Source of the DNA: Candidatus Dormibacteria bacterium
GTDB taxonomy: Bacteria > Chloroflexota > Dormibacteria > DASZGP01
Direction: 5' to 3'
Length of the DNA stretch: 64,000 nucleotides
Assembly (NCBI GenBank): GCA_050998755.1
Contig: JBPCPW010000085.1
Coordinates: 19,672-83,671, forward strand
Shown: piece by piece, positions 29,499 to 39,345 of the stretch
How positions within the stretch are numbered: the first letter of the stretch is position 1
Layout: each line of letters opens with the position of its first letter
Translations under genes and position numbers: made by a program
The notes under the pieces: model-generated
Told to the model about the DNA's origin: nothing
What the model saw: the letters and a program-made list of their open reading frames with translations, nothing else
The model's database searches: none

Positions 29499-31064
29499 AT
29501 GACGGCACCCTTCTCGCCAAAATCGCGATTCCGGCGACCTGTATTGCTGCTGGCGCTGGTGGCCGCCCTGCTGCCGGCGCCTGCCAGCGTCGCCCCATCA
29601 TCCCCCTCGAACGTCATCACCGGGACGATGCCGCCTGACCCCGCGCGCTCGCACTCGCCGTGGTCGTGGGAACCCGGCATGGCCGCGGATCCTCGCGGGT
29701 GGACCTGGGTCGCCGGCAACCACTGCCCATTGGCGGACAACCACCTCTTCACCTCCCAGGGGCTGTGCCACGACCCCTCCAGCCAGGGCCCCCTGGCGAC
29801 CTTCGCGCCCGTATGGGTATCGAAGGACGGCGGCCGGACGTATCGCTTCGTGGCTGACCCCCTCGCCACCGTCAAGGCCGCGGCGGCGGAGAGCCCCGGG
29901 GGCGAGGACACCGACGTGGTGGTGCAACCGGCGGCCCGCGCCGGGAGGCCGCCGCTGCTCTACGTGGTGTCGGCCTGGGCGCTGAGCGCAACCCTGGCAA
30001 TCAGCGGCGACGATGGCGCCTCGTGGCGCCTGGCAGACATCACCGCGGCCCCGTTCACGGCCGCGGGCATCGATCGGCCCTGGCTCGCCGCGTCGGGGAC
30101 CTGCGACCTGTTTCTGCAATATCACCCGCTGTCGGGCTCACAGAACCTCGCCGCCGCGCCGCGAGTCGATCACTTCGACGGGTGCGCGCTGTTCGACACG
30201 GCCGCGGCGGGCGAGGTTGCCGCGACCCCGCTCAGCAGCACCTCCGTCGAGCCGCCCGCGGAGCAACTCAACGGCGTGCAGGTCATGGGCAAGCTGGTGG
30301 CCAGCGCTGGCCGAGTGTTCCTGGCGTACCTGGCATGTGACGTCGTCCCGGAGACCAATCTCAACTGCAACGGGTCAGCGGATCACCAGGGGCTGCATAT
30401 CGCCACCAGCTCCGACGCGGGCGCCAGCTGGCAGGATCAGCTCTTACCTGACGCCGCGCTGCGGGTTCCTCTCAACGACGGCGTCTGGCCCATGAGCATG
30501 GGCGCCGATGGGCCCAATCTGGCGGTCGCGGTCACCGACACGCAGCACGTCCACCTCTGGACCTCGGGCGACGCTGGGAGGTCCTGGCGGCTCCACCCCC
30601 GTCCGCTGGACGCCCCGCTGGGTTGGAACCTCGCCACGGTGCCGAGCGTCGCCGTACGCGGGGCGCTGGTTTCGGTGGCGTGGTACGGCAGCGGCCCTGC
30701 TGCTGGCGCATCGCAGGAGTGGCACCTTGTGCTGGCGCGCTCAAGCGACAGTGGCGCGGCCTTTGCGGTCACTCCCCTCGACCCGGTCCTGGCCGCCACG
30801 CCCTCGGGCACCCCCCTGGGCGACTTTCTCTACGACGACTTCGGTGCCCTGGTGACTGCCGATGGCGCAACCCTGCTGACGTACACGCAGTCCTGCTCCG
30901 GGAAGCCGGCGACGGACCCGGTGTGCCCCGGCCCTCCCACGAGCGACGCCCAGGGTACTTACGAGGTGGTCCGCTACGCCCGGATCGAGGCCGTCGCCGA
31001 TAGGCGACGTGGCAGCGTCCCGGCCGTCCCTTCGCCCCAGTATTTACCCAACACATCCCGGTAG
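29499..31064 (+). CDS. Secreted BNR/Asp-box repeat protein (sialidase-like beta-propeller)
   Basis: Five Asp-boxes: SKDGGRTY, SGDDGASW, SSDAGASW, SGDAGRSW and SSDSGAAF. Signal peptide begins at ATG 29499 (MTAPFSPKSRFRRPVLLLALVAALLPAPA). The ORF-track start 29442 overlaps the convergent lipoprotein gene. Confidence 0.8.
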   Translation: MTAPFSPKSRFRRPVLLLALVAALLPAPASVAPSSPSNVITGTMPPDPARSHSPWSWEPGMAADPRGWTWVAGNHCPLADNHLFTSQGLCHDPSSQGPLATFAPVWVSKDGGRTYRFVADPLATVKAAAAESPGGEDTDVVVQPAARAGRPPLLYVVSAWALSATLAISGDDGASWRLADITAAPFTAAGIDRPWLAASGTCDLFLQYHPLSGSQNLAAAPRVDHFDGCALFDTAAAGEVAATPLSSTSVEPPAEQLNGVQVMGKLVASAGRVFLAYLACDVVPETNLNCNGSADHQGLHIATSSDAGASWQDQLLPDAALRVPLNDGVWPMSMGADGPNLAVAVTDTQHVHLWTSGDAGRSWRLHPRPLDAPLGWNLATVPSVAVRGALVSVAWYGSGPAAGASQEWHLVLARSSDSGAAFAVTPLDPVLAATPSGTPLGDFLYDDFGALVTADGATLLTYTQSCSGKPATDPVCPGPPTSDAQGTYEVVRYARIEAVADRRRGSVPAVPSPQYLPNTSR

Positions 31065-31144
31065 ACGCTCGTCAGCTCGAGTGATCATTCAGGTCCCCAG
31101 CGAGTGCCACCGTACTGTCGCTGTCCCGCTGCGATTCGCCGCGG

Positions 31145-31546
31145 CTACCGACCTGTTGCCGGTATCCCTGATGTGGGCGCAGGTCCAAAGACGTCCCTGA
31201 TGGCCGCGTCAAGCTCTTCGGTGCTCACCTTCGGCGGTCGGAACTTCAGGCTCCGAACGTAGGTAAGGAAGGGTTCCTTCGGGGCGTACCCGTAAGTCTG
31301 GAGGTAGTACGTAACTTCGTCGTTCCAGGTCCACGTGCCGTCGGTGCGGAAGTTCATCGGAACGACGTCCTCCCCGTCTGGGCCTGCCAGGCGGTCGAGC
31401 ATTTTATCCGTGGTGGCGGCCACGACCGCCCCCGCGTTGAGGTACCGCACCAATTTGGCGCGCTCCGCCCTGGGAATGGTCGGATGGTCAGGGTCGATTG
31501 CTGGGACGCCATCCACCAGCCTGTCCCATAGGGCTACCTGCTTCAT
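31145..31546 (-). CDS. Small cytoplasmic orphan protein (133 aa), candidate immunity/partner of upstream gene
   Basis: The ATG overlaps the upstream stop (ATGA at 31543-31546). It has no signal peptide or TM helix. No family recognised. Confidence 0.6.
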   Translation of the reverse strand: MKQVALWDRLVDGVPAIDPDHPTIPRAERAKLVRYLNAGAVVAATTDKMLDRLAGPDGEDVVPMNFRTDGTWTWNDEVTYYLQTYGYAPKEPFLTYVRSLKFRPPKVSTEELDAAIRDVFGPAPTSGIPATGR

Positions 31547-34275
31547 GGGACGGTCACCGTCGGAGGCTTGAAAACGTTCCAGAAGCTCTCCGCACCTGCT
31601 CTCATGCGGATCTCCGTCACCTTGGTGGTCACAGTGCTCCCGTCCGCCATGGTCGTTATCGAATCGACCTTTGTCTCATACCAGTATGGTGTGCGGGCGT
31701 ACGGCAGCTGACCCTTGGGCGACCAGGCAAGCGTCGCCGGGGCCTTTACCTCCACGCCCAGGATGGTCGCCAATCTCTGGGCGAAGCCGTCCACCTCGGC
31801 GCCGGTCCGGCATGAGGCGAGCAGGACGTTCTGTCCTTCCTTCCAGTCGCTCTGGCGGAGGAGCCTGGCAAAGTCAGCGGCGCTCACCGCACGACCCCCG
31901 ATGTAGACCTCCTGGCGCCCACCGTGGACGGTCGCGATGAAGGCCCCGTCCGCCGGCGCGGGAACGGTAGTGGCATTCGCAATTGCACTGTCGCTGGCGG
32001 CCCCAAAGGCGGCGCCGCCAGGCGTCTCGATCTTTGACGCGAGGATTTCGTTGAACTCCACCGCGGAGAGCCGCGGGGGCTCCCGCACCCGGTGCGCGGG
32101 AAGCAGGTCAGCGGGCCCGCCCTCGTGGGAGGGTGATCCGGGCACATCGGCGGGCGCCGCCGGCGGGGGGGGCGGCGTGGCCGCGGGGGGCGCGGCCGCA
32201 TCGGGAACCGCGGGCGTCGCTGCCGGTGGCGCAGGCTTTGCTGGCGCGGGGGCAGCCTCGGGGGGGGGTGGGGCCTCGGGCCGTGGTGCGGCCTCCGGTG
32301 GGGTTGGCGGCGGTGCTTCGGGGACCACTGGGACTTCCGGCGGCGCTTCGGGGACGGTTGGCCTCGGCGCAGTCGCGGACCCGGCGGCCGCCTCTACTGA
32401 GCCGGCGGCTGCCTCCGTTGAGGCGCCGATGACGCCCGCCGCGGGAGCCACGGCATCGGCCCCGGCGGCCGCGGCCCTGGCCGCTGCCCGCGCGGCGACC
32501 ACTCCCTTGTACCCGTCCATTAGCTGTCCCACGAGGGCGTCTTGCGCACTGAACAACACGGCCTGAATCTGGGCCTCGCCGGCCAACTCACCGATGATCC
32601 GGCTGGCCTTCTGGTCGTCGTGCCGATACACGGCGTCGTTGAACTCGCCAACATTGTCTCGCAGGGCCATGGCCTGCGCGGTGGTCATGCCCTTGAACTT
32701 TTCGAATCCCTCTCTGGACAGCATGCTGAGCGCGTCGGCCATGCCCTTCTTGGTCGCGTCCGACGCGCCTTCCCACTGATCGGGATGAGCGATGATGTCG
32801 CCCGCCTTTCGGAGTGGGTCGACGATCATCGTCTTGAGGCCGCGCTCGAACTTGTCGTCCATCGACACCAGGGTGTTGACGATGTTGTCCAGGGTCCGTC
32901 CGTTGGCGAGGTCGCGCCAGGCATTGTCGAGGAAGGCCTCCTCGGTGGTTGGTCCTCGCCTCTCCGCCTTGCCGGCATCAGTCTCGGCATAGGCCCGGTT
33001 GAACCTCGTGACCGGATCGTCGAAGGCATCCCCCGGGGAGAACCGGTTGCGGTCGGGGTCTTCGGGGTGGGCACGGCGGTAATCGCGGACCGCCTTCGCC
33101 CGAGGGTTCGACCACCGGTCAGGGTCCCAGCCCCCTCCCACGCCGCCACCGGCGACACCGCCGCCGGCGCTCGCGATCGCCCCCAGCCCGGCGCTCCCCA
33201 AGACGGGGCCTGCCCCGCAGCTCAGCCAGTCCTGCACCGTCCCGCCACATGAGGTGTAGCCGCCGTCGCACGCAAGCGCCGATATTTCGTGCCCAAGCGC
33301 CACGAGCAAGGCCGATCCGAGGGCGAGCAGCGCCAGGACAGCCGGTGCGGGGATGGGCATGGGGGTGCGCCGGCTGATCAGGAACGCTGCTCCCCCAGCA
33401 GAGAGCGCCAGCGCGATTTTCACCGCTGGGTTGGTAATTGCGACAGACCCGGCAAGCGCAACGGCGCTTCCAAGCAGCGCCATCGCGAGCGCCGCTTCTT
33501 CTGGCGGCCGCGTTCGCCCGCCGGCAATTCGTTTCACCACTGTCCGCCAGATGCTGCTGACGGCGGCGCTCGCCACCGGCCGGAGGAAGCGACCCACGAA
33601 GAAAAGTAGGCCCAGCGCGAAAGCGCCACCTAGCGCGGGCGAGACGACGACCCCCACGAGCATGGCACCGCCGAATCCCCAGAGCAGGCTCGAGCCAGTG
33701 GCGGCACGCTCGACCCTGGCCAGGGTGAGAAGCGATTTCGGGAAGCCACGGAGGTCTTTCCAGAATCGCTCCTTGCCGACCCGCAGCCGGTAGCTGATGA
33801 GTCCAGATACAACCGAGGAGAGAATGGCCCAGAAGATCGCGCCTGACACCTGGTTGTGAGTGCCGGTGGCGAGGTTGGCGCGCGGCGCGGTGCCAATGCC
33901 TTCGTAGACAAAAGCCAGCAGGACGATGTTGGCAAGCCAACCGACCACCAGGCCACCGACGGCAAACAGGATGCATCTGGGAACGTTGGCGCGGATCCAT
34001 GTGCCGGCGCCGTTGGCGACAAGGGCGACGCTGTCAATGAAGCCAAACGGCGGAGAGGATTCGTCCGGCGCGACGGCAGGAGCGGGCTCTGCGACGGAAG
34101 CCGGTGCGGCGTTGGCCACGAAATCGACCGATTCCTCTGGGGATGTACTGTCGGGCGTCGAGGCGCGCTTGGGGGCACGCTTCGGCCTGGTCGCGCCTTT
34201 GGATCCCGCGGGCTTGGGGACACGCTTAGCCCTGGTCTCGCCTTTGGATCCCGTGGGCTCGGGGCTCTCTTTCAC
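31543..34275 (-). CDS. Polytopic membrane protein with helical middle region, Pro/Ala-rich linker and C-terminal His-Gly...Ser-Cys domain (polymorphic-toxin-like architecture)
   Basis: GTG at 34275 overlaps the upstream stop (GTGA). A basic tandem-repeat N-terminus is followed by about 6-7 hydrophobic helices, then about 90 aa of PEAPPPP-type linker. The C-terminal roughly 190 aa carry ATVHGG and LLASCRTGA. Confidence 0.6.
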   Translation of the reverse strand: MKESPEPTGSKGETRAKRVPKPAGSKGATRPKRAPKRASTPDSTSPEESVDFVANAAPASVAEPAPAVAPDESSPPFGFIDSVALVANGAGTWIRANVPRCILFAVGGLVVGWLANIVLLAFVYEGIGTAPRANLATGTHNQVSGAIFWAILSSVVSGLISYRLRVGKERFWKDLRGFPKSLLTLARVERAATGSSLLWGFGGAMLVGVVVSPALGGAFALGLLFFVGRFLRPVASAAVSSIWRTVVKRIAGGRTRPPEEAALAMALLGSAVALAGSVAITNPAVKIALALSAGGAAFLISRRTPMPIPAPAVLALLALGSALLVALGHEISALACDGGYTSCGGTVQDWLSCGAGPVLGSAGLGAIASAGGGVAGGGVGGGWDPDRWSNPRAKAVRDYRRAHPEDPDRNRFSPGDAFDDPVTRFNRAYAETDAGKAERRGPTTEEAFLDNAWRDLANGRTLDNIVNTLVSMDDKFERGLKTMIVDPLRKAGDIIAHPDQWEGASDATKKGMADALSMLSREGFEKFKGMTTAQAMALRDNVGEFNDAVYRHDDQKASRIIGELAGEAQIQAVLFSAQDALVGQLMDGYKGVVAARAAARAAAAGADAVAPAAGVIGASTEAAAGSVEAAAGSATAPRPTVPEAPPEVPVVPEAPPPTPPEAAPRPEAPPPPEAAPAPAKPAPPAATPAVPDAAAPPAATPPPPPAAPADVPGSPSHEGGPADLLPAHRVREPPRLSAVEFNEILASKIETPGGAAFGAASDSAIANATTVPAPADGAFIATVHGGRQEVYIGGRAVSAADFARLLRQSDWKEGQNVLLASCRTGAEVDGFAQRLATILGVEVKAPATLAWSPKGQLPYARTPYWYETKVDSITTMADGSTVTTKVTEIRMRAGAESFWNVFKPPTVTVP
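34176..34265. repeat. Tandem 45-nt duplication (2 units, about 87 percent identical by hand alignment) encoding a basic 15-aa motif
   Basis: cacgcttcggcctggtcgcgcctttggatcccgcgggcttgggga versus cacgcttagccctggtctcgcctttggatcccgtgggctcggggc. The protein units are PTGSKGETRAKRVPK and PAGSKGATRPKRAPK. Confidence 0.85.
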
Positions 34276-37200
34276 GGCTCGAGCATCTGGAGAAGTTCGC
34301 GCCGCCGCCGCACGCACCAGACCGCGAACGAGGCGAGCAGCACGAGGATCACGACAGCGATCAGGTTGGCCGGTGTAAGCAACGCAGTCAGCAGCGCCGT
34401 CGTGCCCGGGTCACGGGTACCGGCGAGCAGCCGGGCGGTGTCGGGAGCCTTGATCACCGCGGGACGGACCGCGATCGTCGCGGTGGCCGGCACGTAACCC
34501 AGCTGCGAAACCGTCACCTTCAGCGGAGCTGTGGTGAGGGGCGCGACCTTCAGCCTGACGGTCCCATCTGGTCCCGTCCAGGCGTGGAAATCGTTGGCGG
34601 CGTTGACAAGCTGGACCCGGGCACCGGCGATAAGGGCACCGTAGTCGTCCACCACGGTCACCTTGGGGGTCTCGGTGCTGAGCGCAGTGAGCCTCTGCGG
34701 CAGACCCTGGACATGAAGCCGCGGGCCGGCGGCTGCCTTCACCGTCCTGCCGCCGACCCGCACGGTCTGGTCTGTCGTTCCGTCGGCCGCGAGCTGGATG
34801 ACGGCGGTGTCCCCCGAGGTTGCACTGAAGGCAAAGGAGGTGAAGGGAGTGCTCCCCGCGCCTGAGGCGATCTCCACGGCGGCCGGACCTGAGGACGTGC
34901 CGGTCAGCGTGATGTCGTAGTCACCAGGCGGGACCAGGATCAGATCGGCGTCGGCGAGCGCCGACTCGGCCGCGACCGGAAGGCCAGGCGCACTCACCGA
35001 GCTCGCCAGCTTGAACTGGGCACGGGCGATGATCTCGGCACCTCCGATCTCGTTTATGGCGCGCGTGCCGCTGCTCCCGCTATCCAACAGGAACCCGACG
35101 CGGCTACCGGCCGGCGCCCCGGTGGTCAGGGTAGCCGCTCGCTGAACGACGGTTGCGGCAACCGCGCCGCGCACTCTTATCAGCGGCCGCGCATTCAGAC
35201 TCGCACCGAGGGCCTTGTCCCGGGGGGTCCTTCTCTGAACCGACCGGGGGCTGGGGTAGCCGAGGTAGAGCGAGCTGGATGCGTCGCTCTTGTCGAGCAT
35301 CCCGACGCTGGTTGTCCTGCCCGCGGCCCAGGTCGTGAGCGGGATGAGTTTCGCGGGAATGATCCGCTTGGACGCAGGGTCTTTGACCAGCTTGCTGACC
35401 TCATCCATGTCGATCACCTGCGCCTGGGTGATCGCCGGGCTCGTGGGCGACGTCTTCTTTCCGGCGATGTAAGCGGCAAGGGAACGTGCGTCTTTCGCGT
35501 CGACGTTCTTCGGGTAGGCAACCACCCCGCCCTTGCCGTCCGCGGTCCTGAGGGGAACGAAATCGGCATTCCCAGTGTCGCTAAGTGCGAGCAGGGAATT
35601 GAGCACCGTGGCCTGCAGGTCGGCAGCCGTGGAGGACGGCGCCGGGCGCGCGGCCAGCCTGCCGCGCACTCCCCTGTCCAGGATGTCACCGAGGTCGGGC
35701 GGGAGACTCGGCCCGCCGCCGCCCGCCGCCGGGGGCTCGGCGGGAAGGTCGGCCTGCTCGCTGCGCACGGTCGAAAGCTGCGGGGCCGTATCGCCGTTGT
35801 CGATGACCGCCTTTACCGTCAGTGTCCCTGCCTGCGAACCTATGCCTGTCCACGCGTCGATCACGACCAGGCCCTGACCGTCGGTGATTCCGGTGAAGGT
35901 GCCCGGCGGCAGGCCTTCGACATCAGGTCCGGGGTCCGCGGTTGGATACAACAGGTGGCCCTCGGGATCACCAAGCACCACGCGCCCCACTGGCACTTCG
36001 GCGGTGAACTGGACCTTGGCCCCTGCCACCGCGTCACCCAGCCCGTCCGTTACCGCGGCGGTTATCTCGTGCACGTTGCGGCCGGGGATGAGGTTGGTCG
36101 GATCCTTCTTGAGCTCGAGGTTGAACTCGTTGTTGAAGACGAAGTCGACGTTGTCTCGATCCCCGATCGCGTCCAGGACGCATTGGGCCGTGTGCGATGC
36201 CACCCCGCCGACCACGCACTGATACGGCGCGCCCGCAATCGATTCGCCCGCTCGCAGCGGCGGCGGAGTCAGTCCCTCGCCGACGTATGCCTCCTCCGGC
36301 ACGGTGATGCGGTACTTGCCCTTGGCGTCGGTGACCGCCTCGCGATTGGTGCCCTGCTTCCCGGTGAAGGCGATGTGCACCCCGGCGAGGGGCTTGTCGC
36401 CAGGATGTGTCACCTTGCGCGTGACCTGGCCGGAGAAGTTGTAGCCGCCCTCTGCGAAATTCTGAGTCGTGTACCCGTCGATAGTGAGCTTTGGCGCATC
36501 GGGGGTGAACCTGTCAGGCGGCCCCTGGTTGAGGCGATTGTCCTTGAAGAAACAGGCACAGACGGTGTACGTGCCAGCGTCAACGAACGCGCTGTAGTAG
36601 CCGGTTGAATCCGTAAGGGCGACCGATCGCTTGTTGTCCTCGGACCGGATCTGGATATATACGCCCGCGACCGGCGTCTTCCCATCCTTCTGGGTCACGA
36701 CACCGTCCAGGAAGCCGACGTTGTAAGGAAGGATCGCGTAGTAATCGCTGGCGACCGTTGAAAGGCAGCCGGCGAACTCGGCGTGGCCGGACTGCGCCGC
36801 GGCGACTGATCCGCAGAACCCGGTGATGCCGATGGACAGCGTGGTCCATCCCCCGGTGGCCCCCGTCGCCTCGGCGCTGCAGGTGTTGGTGCCTCCAATC
36901 TTTCCCGGGGCGATATCCGCCGCGGGTGAGAAATGGCTGGTGCACTTGCCAAAGCTCATCTGCCAGGCGGCCGCCCCGCTATAGATGTCCCCGCCGACCT
37001 TCGGGCTGAACGTTGCTGTGATCTTGGGACAATTACCCGGGCTGGTCCCCGGCTTGCACGCCTGGACTACGTGCGGCGACACGCTCAGGGTGCCAAGGCG
37101 TGTGTCCTGGACGCACTTCTGACCAGGGTCCGGCATCGGGTCACGACAGTCGCCTGTGGGACTGGGACCCGGCCGCGGACCCAATCCCTTTGCCTGCGGC

Positions 37201-37322
37201 AGCTCGGGTCGGGTACGCGCCGCTACGGGCGCAGCGACGACTGGCTGGGCGGCGATCAGGACGAGGATGGCGACCAGCACTCGGAGCACCGTCGCAGCGA
37301 GACCTCGGTGGCGGCGCTTCAC
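34272..37322 (-). CDS. Large surface protein with carboxypeptidase-regulatory-like and Ig-like beta-sandwich domains and a C-terminal TM anchor
   Basis: GTG 37322 has GGAGAGGAG upstream. Signal peptide: LAATVLRVLVAILVLIAAQPVVA. Domain-like segments are GKTPVAGVYIQIRSEDNKRSVALTDSTGYYSAFVDAGTYTV and PLAGVHIAFTG...TDAKGKYRITV. C-terminus: LIAVVILVLLASFAVWCVRRRR. Confidence 0.7.
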   Translation of the reverse strand: MKRRHRGLAATVLRVLVAILVLIAAQPVVAAPVAARTRPELPQAKGLGPRPGPSPTGDCRDPMPDPGQKCVQDTRLGTLSVSPHVVQACKPGTSPGNCPKITATFSPKVGGDIYSGAAAWQMSFGKCTSHFSPAADIAPGKIGGTNTCSAEATGATGGWTTLSIGITGFCGSVAAAQSGHAEFAGCLSTVASDYYAILPYNVGFLDGVVTQKDGKTPVAGVYIQIRSEDNKRSVALTDSTGYYSAFVDAGTYTVCACFFKDNRLNQGPPDRFTPDAPKLTIDGYTTQNFAEGGYNFSGQVTRKVTHPGDKPLAGVHIAFTGKQGTNREAVTDAKGKYRITVPEEAYVGEGLTPPPLRAGESIAGAPYQCVVGGVASHTAQCVLDAIGDRDNVDFVFNNEFNLELKKDPTNLIPGRNVHEITAAVTDGLGDAVAGAKVQFTAEVPVGRVVLGDPEGHLLYPTADPGPDVEGLPPGTFTGITDGQGLVVIDAWTGIGSQAGTLTVKAVIDNGDTAPQLSTVRSEQADLPAEPPAAGGGGPSLPPDLGDILDRGVRGRLAARPAPSSTAADLQATVLNSLLALSDTGNADFVPLRTADGKGGVVAYPKNVDAKDARSLAAYIAGKKTSPTSPAITQAQVIDMDEVSKLVKDPASKRIIPAKLIPLTTWAAGRTTSVGMLDKSDASSSLYLGYPSPRSVQRRTPRDKALGASLNARPLIRVRGAVAATVVQRAATLTTGAPAGSRVGFLLDSGSSGTRAINEIGGAEIIARAQFKLASSVSAPGLPVAAESALADADLILVPPGDYDITLTGTSSGPAAVEIASGAGSTPFTSFAFSATSGDTAVIQLAADGTTDQTVRVGGRTVKAAAGPRLHVQGLPQRLTALSTETPKVTVVDDYGALIAGARVQLVNAANDFHAWTGPDGTVRLKVAPLTTAPLKVTVSQLGYVPATATIAVRPAVIKAPDTARLLAGTRDPGTTALLTALLTPANLIAVVILVLLASFAVWCVRRRRELLQMLEP

Positions 37323-37434
37323 GCTTGGGGACTCCTCTCCGCAGGCTTCTGTGCCAGTGGGGCCATAGGTTCCGCTGCTGTCCCTCTCTCTATATGGCAC
37401 ACTGGGCCAACGTACTCGGGCGTCAGTGTAGAAC

Positions 37435-37469
37435 AAAAAAAGAGCCGCCTGGGTTTCCCCGGACGGCCC
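37435..37469 (-). terminator. Intrinsic terminator of groEL (GC-rich hairpin followed by a U7 tract on the minus strand)
   Basis: The minus strand reads GGGCCGTCCGGGG-AAA-CCCAGGCGGCTC-TTTTTTT and begins 32 nt after the groEL stop. Confidence 0.7.
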
Positions 37470-37501
37470 TTGATGGTCCCTGTGTCTTCTGAGGCTTAGG
37501 C

Positions 37502-39112
<1,611 letters not shown>

Positions 39113-39191
39113 GCTGAATCCTCCTGGTGGTTTTCCTGTCCCGTTGGGTCAGTGGAGAGACTCAAAGCTCTCCCAGTCTTGCAAGGCGATA

Positions 39192-39218
39192 TTAGCACTC
39201 TACCCTCGCTAGTGCTAA
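39192..39218. promoter_or_regulatory. CIRCE operator (HrcA binding site) upstream of groEL
   Basis: TTAGCACTC-N9-TAGTGCTAA compared with consensus TTAGCACTC-N9-GAGTGCTAA (1 mismatch). It lies 80 nt upstream of the groEL start. Confidence 0.85.
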
Positions 39219-39345
39219 GCCAACCCGAGTGCCAAGAGACAGCGGGCGCAGCAACTCGGGCCAGGGGCTATTCATGGATCGTCAGCGATCCGTGACCGTT
39301 CCTTGTGGGGCGGCCCCGGTACGACCGCAATAGGCTGGAGGGGTC

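Noticed and set aside
31145-37322. Assigning the toxin-like module to T7SS/WXG, Rhs/YD, CDI or T6SS effector classes
   Set aside because: No WXG100-size genes, LXG, YD repeats, haemagglutinin repeats, PAAR or VgrG-like sequences were seen in or around the module. Its delivery route is left open.
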